DNA of 32,000 nucleotides from Haloferax volcanii DS2. Its GTDB lineage: Archaea; Halobacteriota; Halobacteria; Halobacteriales; Haloferacaceae. Both the position numbers and the translations under genes were made by a program. Where the stretch lies: contig NC_013967.1 in the NCBI RefSeq assembly GCF_000025685.1, positions 1,560,001 to 1,592,000 of the forward strand, read 5' to 3'. The notes below the pieces were generated by a model. That model was given only the letters and a program-made list of their open reading frames with translations. It had not been told where the DNA came from and made no database searches. Positions 24,730-32,000 of this stretch are shown here, in pieces; the stretch's first letter is position 1, and each line of letters opens with the position of its first letter.

Positions 24730-25611
24730 TCAGGACGCGCTGACGTAGATGCCGCCGAGGACGACCGCCCCGCCGAGGACGGTCGGGAGCGTGGGAATCT
24801 CACCGAGGAGAAAGAGCGCGAGAATCGTGCTGCCGACGGGTTCGCCGAGGAGGGAGACGGAGACGACGCTCGATTCGAGGTGGGCGAGCGCCCAGTTGAT
24901 GACGGTGTGGCCGAAGACGCCCGGGCCGACGGCCATCCCGAGAAACAGGAGCCACTCGCGGGGCGGATAGCCCGTCAGCGGGTCGCCGCGGCCGACCGCG
25001 ACGACGAGGAGCGCGGCGGCGCAGACCGAGTAGACGACGACCACGTAGGGGACGAGCGAGACCCTGCTGCGGACGCTCCGGCCGGTGAGGACGTAGGCGG
25101 CCGCCGTCACGGCCCCGACGACCGCCAGTCCGTTTCCGAGAAGCGGCCGCGGCGCGCCGCCGGCGGTGAGGAAGTCGGAGACGGACATGAGCGCCATGCC
25201 CGCGAGCGCGACGCCGATGCCGACGGCGGTGCGGCGGCTCACGCGCTCGTCGAGGACGGCCCACGCGCCGACGGCGACGAAAAGCGGTTGAGACTGCACG
25301 AGCGTGACGCTCGCGGCGACCGTCGTGTGGTTGAGGCTCTCGAACCACGACGCGAAGTGGGCCGCGAGCGCGACGCCCGCACCCCCGGCCGCCAGCAGGT
25401 CCCGCCCCGAAATGGTCGCCAACGCGTCGCGGTGGCGGACGAGCGCGACCGGCGCGAGAAGGGCAACAGTGAACAGGACCCGATAAAACGCCTTCACGAG
25501 GCTGGGCGCGGCGCTCCAGCGGACGAGAATCGCGCTCGTGCTGACCGCGAGGACCGCGATGCCGAGCCCCGCGAGCGGCGAGATGGGGGCGTCGGAGTCG
25601 GGCGTTGACAC
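24730..25611 (-). CDS. EamA/DMT-family transporter
   Basis: 293 aa, about 10 hydrophobic helices in two similar halves, GTG start at 25611. Confidence 0.75.
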   Translation of the reverse strand: MSTPDSDAPISPLAGLGIAVLAVSTSAILVRWSAAPSLVKAFYRVLFTVALLAPVALVRHRDALATISGRDLLAAGGAGVALAAHFASWFESLNHTTVAASVTLVQSQPLFVAVGAWAVLDERVSRRTAVGIGVALAGMALMSVSDFLTAGGAPRPLLGNGLAVVGAVTAAAYVLTGRSVRSRVSLVPYVVVVYSVCAAALLVVAVGRGDPLTGYPPREWLLFLGMAVGPGVFGHTVINWALAHLESSVVSVSLLGEPVGSTILALFLLGEIPTLPTVLGGAVVLGGIYVSAS

Positions 25612-25689
25612 ACCTCCACGTCGCGGGGGGTCCGCTTACCGTTTGTGGGTCTCGGCGGGTCGCGGATTCGAGGCGGCGACTCTGCTCAC

Positions 25690-26442
25690 CTACTCCGTTC
25701 GCGCTCGAACCAGCGCCTTCGGGTTGGCAAAGGAGACGACGGAGTCGCCGTCGAACTCCACGTCGAACAGTTCTTTCGCCTCCTCGGGCGCTTCGCGGAA
25801 CCGACGTTCGAGTTCGTCTCGGTCGGCGGGCGAGACGTTCGTCCGCTCGGTCCACGGGTCGAACTGGAGACGTATCGCCGCGGTTTCGACCGTCTCGACC
25901 GACAGGCCCGCGGCCGCGAACCACTCGCGCCACCGCGAAACCGGGTGGAGTTCGACGTGAGTCGGGTCGCGGAGCACTTCGACGCCGTTGAGGAACGCGG
26001 CGAGGGCGGCGTCTTCGGGCGCGACGTTGTCCTCGAAGGCGAAGACGCCGCCCGGTTCGAGGACGCGCGCGACCTCGGCGACGAACGCCTCGGGGTCGGG
26101 GAAGTGGTGCGCGGCGATACGGCAGGCGGCCGCGTCGAAGACATCGTCCGCGAAGGGGAGGCGCTCGGCGTCGGCGACGACGCCCGCGACGGGGTACTCG
26201 CGAACCGCGGTGGCGACCATCTCCGGGGCGGCGTCGGCCGCGACGACCGAGGAGACGCCGGCATCGGCTATCGCGCCCGCGGTGTGGCCGGCCCCGGTCG
26301 CCACGTCGAGCGCGCGGGTCGCGCCGCGGCACCACGACGCGAGCGTCTCGCGGTCCGCGCCGAGGCGGTGGACCTCGCTGTCGAAGTACGACTCGGCGGC
26401 GCTCCCGAACTGGGCGGCGGTTCGGCGTTTCTCGTCGCTCAT
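25690..26442 (-). CDS. Class I SAM-dependent methyltransferase (type 11)
   Basis: ATG at 26442 (MSDEKRR). Motif I LDVATGAGHTA. Post-I/II motifs VVAADAAPEM and LEPGGVFAFED. The ORF-track start at 26529 is an unlikely extension. Confidence 0.8.
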   Translation of the reverse strand: MSDEKRRTAAQFGSAAESYFDSEVHRLGADRETLASWCRGATRALDVATGAGHTAGAIADAGVSSVVAADAAPEMVATAVREYPVAGVVADAERLPFADDVFDAAACRIAAHHFPDPEAFVAEVARVLEPGGVFAFEDNVAPEDAALAAFLNGVEVLRDPTHVELHPVSRWREWFAAAGLSVETVETAAIRLQFDPWTERTNVSPADRDELERRFREAPEEAKELFDVEFDGDSVVSFANPKALVRARTE

Positions 26443-26570
26443 GACGCGGGGTTCGCGCAGGTCGGTGAAAAAGGGGCGCGAGGAGACAGGTCGGGACGCG
26501 GGCGAACTCTCTCCGTCACGTCGGCGCACGGAGCGCGGAGTGGTCAGCGTGCGGGGCGACGCTACGCCGC

Positions 26571-27305
26571 CTACGCCGCGTCGGGGTCGGCGTCGCCGTC
26601 CGCGTAGTCAGGGCGCTCGGCGTACGGAATCGGGTCGCGCTCGCCGAGGTTCTGGAACGCCTGCAAGCGGAACGCACAGGAGTCGCAGGTGCCGCAGGCC
26701 GGTTCCTCGGCGCGGTAGCAGGACCACGTGTGCTCGAAGGGGACGCCGAGTTCGAGGCCCCGGCGGGCGATGTCGGTCTTCGAGTCGTGGACGAACGGGA
26801 CTTCGAGCGAGATGGTCGTGTCGGGTTTCGTGCCGACGTCGACCATGGCCTCGAAGGCGTCGAAGAACTCGGGCCGGCAGTCGGGGTAGCCCGAGTAGTC
26901 CTCGGAGTGTGCGCCGACGAAGACGGCGTCGCAGTCGTTCGCCTCGGCGTACGAGACGGCCATCGACAGGAGGTTGGCGTTGCGGAAGGGGACGTACGAG
27001 GTCGGGATGTCGTCGGCGTCCACGTCGGCGTCGGCGACGGCCATCGAGTCGTCGGTGAGCGACGACGCGCCGATTTGCTTCAGGTGGCTCGTCTCGATGT
27101 GGAGGAAGTCCCGCGCGTCGAGTTCGTCGGCGAGTTCGCGGGCGCAGTCGTACTCTTTCGACTCGGTCTTCTGGCCGTAGGAGGTGTGGAGCGCGTAGAG
27201 TTCGTAGCCGCGTCGCGTTGCCTCGTAAGCGGTCGTCGCGCTGTCCATGCCGCCGGAGAGGAGGACGACGGCGCGTTTGTCGTCGGACGTGGGTTCGGTA
27301 GTCAT
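26571..27305 (-). CDS. queC: 7-cyano-7-deazaguanine (preQ0) synthase
   Basis: PP-loop VVLLSGGMDSAT. C-terminal zinc Cys cluster CYRAEEPACGTCDSCAFR. Confidence 0.9.
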   Translation of the reverse strand: MTTEPTSDDKRAVVLLSGGMDSATTAYEATRRGYELYALHTSYGQKTESKEYDCARELADELDARDFLHIETSHLKQIGASSLTDDSMAVADADVDADDIPTSYVPFRNANLLSMAVSYAEANDCDAVFVGAHSEDYSGYPDCRPEFFDAFEAMVDVGTKPDTTISLEVPFVHDSKTDIARRGLELGVPFEHTWSCYRAEEPACGTCDSCAFRLQAFQNLGERDPIPYAERPDYADGDADPDAA

Positions 27306-27317
27306 CGTTATCGTGGA

Positions 27318-27407
27318 ACGTTCGGGGTGTGTTTGGGGTGTGTTCGGGGTTCGTTTAGCGGGCGTTCGGCGGGGTTCGGCGGGATTCGAGGTTCGTTCGG
27401 CGGGCGT
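27318..27407. repeat. Degenerate tandem GTTCGG(G/C)G repeats / G-tract spacer between queE and queC
   Basis: Read directly: cgttcgggg, gtttgggg, gttcgggg, cgttcggcgggg, ttcggcggg and cgttcggcggg within about 90 bp. G-rich on the + strand, C-rich on the transcribed sense strand. Confidence 0.6.
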
Positions 27408-28181
27408 TCAGGTCTCGGGCGCGTCGTTCCAGAGGTCGACGTGGAGTCGCGGCGTGTAGCGGTAGCCGAACGACGCCGCGAGGTCTGCGACCTCGGTCCG
27501 GGTGCGGGCGAGCTGCTCGCGGGTCTGTCCCTCGGGCATGAGCAACACGTCGCTGTCGCGGATTTCGCGGTCTGCGACGCCGCGCACGTCGTCGACGAGC
27601 GACTCGATTTCGTCGAGGTCGTCGCGGCCGGTGACGACGAACTTCAGTTGGAACTCCGCCGCGTCTTCGACCAGCGAGGCGAGCGCGCCGAGGTCGACGC
27701 GGGCGTTCTCGTGTCGCTCGGTCCAGACGCCGGGGTCGACGTCGTCCGGGGCGTTGTCGGGCGTCGGCGTCGACGACGCGAGTTTGGGGCTGATACTGGC
27801 GAGGTCGACCGGCGCGTCGGTTTCGAGCGTCCCGTTCGTCTCGACGGTCAGGTGGTAGTCGTCGTCGAGCGCCGACAGGAGCGCGTCGGTCTCGTCGTGG
27901 ACGAGCGGTTCGCCGCCGGTGACGACGACGTGCTCGGGGGACAGCGACTCGACCTCGGCGACGATTTCGTCGAGGCTCAGCCACGCGTGAGTCGGTTCCC
28001 ACGAGGTGTGAAAGGAGTCGCAGAACCAACAGCGGAGGTTACAGCCGCTGGTGCGGACGAACGTGCTCGGGACGCCGGCGAGTTTGCCCTCGCCCTGAAG
28101 CGACGCGAACAGCTCGTTTATCGGGAGGCGGTCGCCCTCGGCGTCGGTATCGTCGCGGGCGACGGTGTCGGAGACGGGCAT
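27408..28181 (-). CDS. queE: 7-carboxy-7-deazaguanine synthase (radical SAM)
   Basis: Radical-SAM cluster motif CNLRCWFCDS preceded by LQGEG. Its start codon overlaps the queD stop (ATGA-type overlap at 28181). Confidence 0.9.
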   Translation of the reverse strand: MPVSDTVARDDTDAEGDRLPINELFASLQGEGKLAGVPSTFVRTSGCNLRCWFCDSFHTSWEPTHAWLSLDEIVAEVESLSPEHVVVTGGEPLVHDETDALLSALDDDYHLTVETNGTLETDAPVDLASISPKLASSTPTPDNAPDDVDPGVWTERHENARVDLGALASLVEDAAEFQLKFVVTGRDDLDEIESLVDDVRGVADREIRDSDVLLMPEGQTREQLARTRTEVADLAASFGYRYTPRLHVDLWNDAPET

Positions 28182-28657
28182 CAGAAGCCGGCGCAGAGCT
28201 CCGACGTTTCGCTGACCGAGACCGAGACCTCGGAGACGGTGTCGGGGAGCGCCGCCAGCAGCTTCTCTTCGAGCACGACGGCCATCACCTCAGCCGTCGG
28301 CGGCGCGTCGAGGACGACCGTTCCGTCGGCGTCGCCGGAGCGCTCGAACGCCTCGACCAGCGGGTCGCCCGACTCGACGAGAAAGCGGTGGTCCCACTCG
28401 TCGATGACGTCGGTCACGACGCCTTTGTCGACGACCCAGCCCTCGTCGGTCAGATCGCCGACGACGCGGACCGAAATCTCGTAGTTGTGCCCGTGCGGGC
28501 GGCTACACTTGCCGTCGTGGTGGAGGAGACGATGGCCGGCGCTGATGCGAATCGGCCGGTCGCGTCCGATGTGGAGGACGCGTTCGCCTGCTCGGGACAG
28601 CGGGGTCTCGTCGTCGGCGTCCGCCGACTGTGCACGTTCTAGTGTTCCCCGAGGCAT
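28181..28657 (-). CDS. queD: 6-carboxy-5,6,7,8-tetrahydropterin synthase
   Basis: PTPS-family motif CSRPHGHNYE (catalytic Cys plus zinc His residues). 158 aa. Confidence 0.85.
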   Translation of the reverse strand: MPRGTLERAQSADADDETPLSRAGERVLHIGRDRPIRISAGHRLLHHDGKCSRPHGHNYEISVRVVGDLTDEGWVVDKGVVTDVIDEWDHRFLVESGDPLVEAFERSGDADGTVVLDAPPTAEVMAVVLEEKLLAALPDTVSEVSVSVSETSELCAGF

Positions 28658-28678
28658 ATCCGAGGATTATCACGAGAG

Positions 28679-28685
28679 TATTTAA
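28679..28685 (-). promoter_or_regulatory. TATA-like box (TTAAATA on the minus strand) of the queDEC operon
   Basis: 22-28 nt upstream of the queD ATG (28657), consistent with a leaderless transcript. Confidence 0.45.
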
Positions 28686-28772
28686 TTCTCCTGTCTCGGC
28701 TCTGTCGGTCGAATAACCGGTGTCGTTCTAGGTCGCTCCAAGAGACAACGCGGTGCGAGCGGCGGCCGGACG

Positions 28773-29156
28773 CTACGGTTGGTCGGCGATTGCCTCGCGC
28801 CACTGGTCGGGAACGCGGGTCGGGCGGCCCTCGTCGTCCATCGCGACCTGAACCGTCTCGCCGGTGGCGACGACCTCGCCCTCGTAGGAGAGCGTGTAGT
28901 AGATGGGGAAACTCTTTCCGCCGGGCTCGCCGGCCTCGACTTCCACCTCGACGGTGCCGACGCCCTCGATTGGCGCGCGGTAGTCGAGTTCGAGGTGCGC
29001 GACGACGATGTGCGGGTCGGAAAGCGGGGTGTCCAACACCTCCTCGAAGAAGCGCACGCGGGCCTGTTCGCAGTAGGTCGCGTAGACCGCGTTGTTCACA
29101 TGGCCGAACGAGTCGTGGTCGCGGAACCGGACTTCCACCTCGGCGACGAAGCTCAT
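28773..29156 (-). CDS. Acyl-CoA thioesterase, 4HBT/YbgC-like hotdog fold
   Basis: ATG at 29156 (MSFVAEVEVRFRDHDSFGHVNNAVY), carrying the typical 4HBT N-terminal catalytic-Asp motif. Confidence 0.75.
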   Translation of the reverse strand: MSFVAEVEVRFRDHDSFGHVNNAVYATYCEQARVRFFEEVLDTPLSDPHIVVAHLELDYRAPIEGVGTVEVEVEAGEPGGKSFPIYYTLSYEGEVVATGETVQVAMDDEGRPTRVPDQWREAIADQP

Positions 29157-29273
29157 TGCGGTGCGCGACACGGGCGAGGGGTATAGCACCGACGGTTTGC
29201 CTCCGGTGAAGCCGGTGCGATAAGCCGACGACGCGGGAACGAACGGCGGGCGAAAGACGGGGTCGCGGACGAC

Positions 29274-29561
29274 TCAGTTCGCCGTGCGCGCCGACTGGTC
29301 GGCGGGGAGCGTCTGTCGGCCGTGCAGTGCGACGGCCTTCCAGACGTTCGAGCGCGAGCCGGCGCGAACCATCTCGACGGGCACGCGAGCGCCCTCGGAG
29401 AGCGACGCGAGCGCGTCGCGGATGCGCTCGGACTCGTAGGCCACGAGGTGGCGCGTTTCGTTCGTCTCGTGCAGTTCGACCGTCATCGTCTCGTGGTCGT
29501 TCATCTCGGCGCGGACGTTCACCAACACCGGCGCGGACGCGAGGGTCACCATCACGCTCAT
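29274..29561 (-). CDS. Small hypothetical protein (95 aa)
   Basis: Intact ORF with acidic, haloarchaeal-like composition, and an AT-rich promoter-like region upstream (29580-29625). I do not recognise a family. Confidence 0.5.
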   Translation of the reverse strand: MSVMVTLASAPVLVNVRAEMNDHETMTVELHETNETRHLVAYESERIRDALASLSEGARVPVEMVRAGSRSNVWKAVALHGRQTLPADQSARTAN

Positions 29562-29724
29562 CTACGAATCCGCCCGTCATAAGCCGTTATAATACTGATA
29601 TCTTCGGGTATGGATTCTACATAGAGGGCGGGAGAGCCGCGAGCGGGAGGGGTGGGCGAGGCGACTGGACGAGGGGCCGGTCCGAGGGGTACGCCCACGT
29701 CGCGTCGGCCCGAACGACCGACCG

Positions 29725-30096
29725 ATGAGCGACCGCGAGCCCCGGGTTCGAACCGAGTGCGACCCGGCTGACTCGACTGTCACGGTTCGTGTCCGCGACA
29801 CCGACGGCGACCGCGTCACCGACCTCGAAGTCGAACGCGGGACCGTCCTCCGCGACGCGTTGCTCGACGCGGGTATTTCACCGTACGCGCGGCTCACGAA
29901 GCGAGTGAACTGCGGCGGGCGCGGCCTCTGTGCGACGTGCGGCGTCCGGGTTCGCTCGGGCGAGCCGACGCCCGACCACTGGCACGACGACCTCGCGGCG
30001 CGGTTCGGCTACCCGCGGCTCTCGTGTCAGCTTCGCGTCGACGGGCCGCTAACTGTCGAACTGGTCGAAAAGGTGGTGTGGGGCGGTCGGGAGTAG
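29725..30096 (+). CDS. 2Fe-2S ferredoxin-like protein
   Basis: Cys pattern CGGRGLCATC ... LSCQ (C-x5-C-x2-C ... C, as in NqrF-type 2Fe-2S domains). 123 aa. Confidence 0.7.
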   Translation: MSDREPRVRTECDPADSTVTVRVRDTDGDRVTDLEVERGTVLRDALLDAGISPYARLTKRVNCGGRGLCATCGVRVRSGEPTPDHWHDDLAARFGYPRLSCQLRVDGPLTVELVEKVVWGGRE

Positions 30097-30158
30097 CGGA
30101 GTAAATCAACCAGTGCGAGCGAAGACGGGGCGCGCTCTGAGTTGCAACACTGAGAGAA

Positions 30159-30179
30159 TCCGCGCTCCCCGATTTGAAC
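30159..30179 (-). repeat. Orphan copy A of the tRNA-Tyr 3' 21-mer (20/21 identical)
   Basis: tccgcGctccccgatttgaac compared with tccgcTctccccgatttgaac in the tRNA gene. Its T-loop-derived part, 30168-30177, pairs with 30210-30219. Confidence 0.8.
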
Positions 30180-30276
30180 TCACTCGCAACGCTCCGCGTT
30201 GCTCGCTGCTCAAATCGGGTCGAGGAGTCCTTCACATTCAACACCGCTCGCTACGCTCGCGGGTGTTGAAGTTCAG

Positions 30277-30297
30277 TCCGCTCTCCCCGATTTGAAC
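30277..30297 (-). repeat. Orphan copy B of the tRNA-Tyr 3' 21-mer (21/21 identical)
   Basis: tccgctctccccgatttgaac is identical to 30379-30399. Its T-loop-derived part, 30287-30295, pairs with 30346-54 around a long imperfect hairpin. Confidence 0.85.
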
Positions 30298-30378
30298 TCA
30301 GTCAGACGACGCGTTCACTTCGTTCACGCGCTGCGACTGACCTGCTCAAACCGGCTCGACCGGATTTTGCAAGCAAAA

Positions 30379-30452
30379 TCCGCTCTCCCCGATTTGAACG
30401 GGGGACAAGCCGATCTACAGTCGGCTGCTCTGCCAGGCTGAGCTAAGAGCGG
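30379..30452 (-). tRNA. tRNA-Tyr(GUA): tRNA-Tyr (anticodon GUA), 74 nt, no encoded CCA, no intron
   Basis: Hand-folded cloverleaf. Acceptor CCGCUCU/AGAGCGG with the archaeal C1-G72 pair. D stem GCUC/GAGC. Anticodon stem GCCGA/UCGGC with loop CUGUAGA. Variable loop UUGUC. T arm CCCCG-UUCAAAU-CGGGG. Discriminator A. Confidence 0.9.
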
Positions 30453-30525
30453 TCAAGAGAATCTCAATCCACGGGCAGACTTAAGAATTCTCATTCCGGG
30501 CGGCGAAGCGCCCGACGACGGGTGA

Positions 30526-32000
30526 TTACTCGTCGGTCGTCGCTGACTCAGCGCCGTCCGCAGACGCCGACTCAGCACCGTCCGACTCGTCGTCTTCGGT
30601 GTCAGTGTCGGCGTCGGTGTCACCGCCGTCCGACTCGGGGTCGAGGTCGTCGGCGCTCGTCTCCCGGACGCGGATACCCTTCCCGGCGAGGTGTTGCATC
30701 TGGCGCTGGGCGAAGTCCTCTTCGCTCGTGCCGCGGGTGGCGAGCACGTAGACGAGCGCGCTCCCCGTCGGGCGCATGGTTCGGCCGGCGCGCTGGGAGC
30801 CCTGCCGGCGAGAGCCGCCGAGGCCGGAGGCGACGATTGCGAGTCCGGCGTTCGGGAGGTCGATGCCCTCGTCGCCGATGCGGGAGATGACGAGCGTGTC
30901 GAGGTCGCCGTCGCGGAACGCCTCGAAGTACGCCTCGCGGCGGTGATGGCGGGTCTCGCCGCTGACGAACGGCACGTCGAGCGCCTCGGCAATCGCCTCT
31001 CCCTGGTCGAGGTAGTCGACGAAAACGAGCGTCTTCGAGTCGGCGTGACGGGCGCGGAGCCGACGAATCTCGAATATCTTCCCGGGGTTCATCGCGGCGA
31101 GCATGTGCCGCTCGCGGCCGTCGCTGGAGGCCCATTCGTTTCTGGCCATGTCGTCGCCCCAACCCACGTAGCGAATCTCGACTTCGGGCTCCTGAACGTA
31201 GCCGGCGTCGAAGAGCTTCCCCCAGTCGGTGCCGATAGGCGGGCCGATGAGCGTGAAGATCTCTGCTTCCTTGTCGTCCTCGCGGATGGGCGTCGCCGAC
31301 AGCCCGAGGCGGTGTTTGGACTGGAGGTCGGCGCTCCGCTGGAAGACGCGACTCGGGATGTGGTGGGCCTCGTCGTAGATGATGAGCCCCCAACGCCGCG
31401 AGTCGAAAAGCGAGCGATGGCGGTCCATCCCGGCGGTCTGGTAGGTGGCGATTGTGACCGGGCGAATCTCTTTCGCGCCGCCGTGATACTCGCCGATTTG
31501 GTCGGCGTCGAGGTCCGTCGTCGAGCGGAGTTCCTCGCGCCACTGGCGGGCGAGTTCGCGACTCGGCACGAGAATCAGCGTCTCGCCACCGACCGCGGCG
31601 AGCGCGCCGATGCCGGCGATGGTCTTCCCCGCGCCGGGCGGCCCGACGAGGACGCCGGCGCGCTGGTCGACGAATCGGTCGACCCAGTCTCGCTGGTAGT
31701 CGCGGAGGTCGACGCCGAGCGTAACGTCGAGTTCCTCGCCCTCTTCGAGGTCGCGGTCGTCCTCGACGGGGTAGCCCGCGTCGTAGAGGATGCGCTTTAT
31801 GGCCGCGATTTCTTCGTCTCTGACCCACGCCTCGGTGTCGGAGATGGGGGCGTAGACGTGGTCGTCGTCGAGTTTCTGGAGCGCGACGTTGCCCATGAGG
31901 CTCTCGGTGGCGGCTTCGAGGACGGTGTATCCCTCCTCGTGAGAGTAGAGGCGGAACTGGTGGGCGCGCTTCCACTGGTCTTCGACCCACGCTTCGAGGT
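30526..32000 (-). CDS. rad25: XPB/Rad25-type DNA repair helicase (SF2), 5'-partial at the window edge
   Basis: Walker A GPPGAGKT, DEAH box IIYDEAHH, GLSATP, and motif VI QRAGRTMR. Acidic C-terminal tail. The frame stays open from the nominal ATG at 31896 to position 32000, so the true start probably lies outside the window. Confidence 0.8.
   Translation of the reverse strand, partial: LEAWVEDQWKRAHQFRLYSHEEGYTVLEAATESLMGNVALQKLDDDHVYAPISDTEAWVRDEEIAAIKRILYDAGYPVEDDRDLEEGEELDVTLGVDLRDYQRDWVDRFVDQRAGVLVGPPGAGKTIAGIGALAAVGGETLILVPSRELARQWREELRSTTDLDADQIGEYHGGAKEIRPVTIATYQTAGMDRHRSLFDSRRWGLIIYDEAHHIPSRVFQRSADLQSKHRLGLSATPIREDDKEAEIFTLIGPPIGTDWGKLFDAGYVQEPEVEIRYVGWGDDMARNEWASSDGRERHMLAAMNPGKIFEIRRLRARHADSKTLVFVDYLDQGEAIAEALDVPFVSGETRHHRREAYFEAFRDGDLDTLVISRIGDEGIDLPNAGLAIVASGLGGSRRQGSQRAGRTMRPTGSALVYVLATRGTSEEDFAQRQMQHLAGKGIRVRETSADDLDPESDGGDTDADTDTEDDESDGAESASADGAESATTDE

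Noticed and set aside
25690-28657. queC/queE/queD plus a methyltransferase as a Dpd-like 7-deazaguanine DNA-modification (defence) island
   Set aside because: No DpdA/TGT paralogue, DpdB/C or helicase-nuclease partners are adjacent. In archaea a queDEC operon is the standard preQ0 supply for tRNA archaeosine, so the housekeeping interpretation is sufficient.
30159-30399. Possible mini-CRISPR array (three direct repeats with roughly 100-bp spacing)
   Set aside because: The repeat is simply the 3' end of tRNA-Tyr. There are only three copies, the spacing (118 and 102 bp) is too long and irregular, the 'spacers' are related palindromes, and no cas genes are present.

Overview
High-GC DNA (roughly two-thirds GC by eye). 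The predicted proteins are strongly acidic, there is a twin-arginine plus lipobox signal, and TATA-like boxes sit about 25-30 nt upstream of several start codons, which fits leaderless mRNAs. Together these point to a chromosomal segment from a haloarchaeon (class Halobacteria). I support 24 protein-coding genes (one partial at the window edge, one apparently truncated) and one tRNA.

Gene blocks, left to right:
1. Aminotransferase and an HTH regulator.
2. DUF123/GIY-YIG nuclease-like gene and a DCC thiol-disulfide oxidoreductase gene, divergent from an MrfA/YprA-like helicase carrying a C-terminal DUF1998 zinc module.
3. A same-strand, tightly spaced run: GT75 'reversibly glycosylated polypeptide'-like gene, Fbp-type ABC importer (binding protein, double permease, ATPase), then a large GT-C membrane glycosyltransferase-like protein.
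4. An MFS (NarK-like) gene lacking its first three TM helices, abutted by about 530 nt of hairpin-dense non-coding DNA.
5. Divergent cytoplasmic GH13 amylase and a 1511-aa protein made of two GH15 glucoamylase-type modules.
6. SRPBCC protein, hybrid REC-PAS-GAF histidine kinase, EamA transporter and a SAM methyltransferase.
7. The queD-queE-queC preQ0/archaeosine precursor operon.
8. Thioesterase, a small hypothetical protein and a 2Fe-2S ferredoxin.
9. tRNA-Tyr(GUA), followed by two orphan copies of its 3' 21-mer embedded in long palindromes.
10. A partial XPB/Rad25 helicase.

No CRISPR array, rRNA, transposase or integrase gene is visible. The most unusual items are the structured non-coding block at about 14.47-15.01 kb, the tRNA-Tyr 3'-end repeat/palindrome array, and the GT75-ABC-GT-C operon next to the alpha-glucan hydrolases. 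Most long ORFs in the six-frame track are antisense or off-frame shadows typical of GC-rich DNA.
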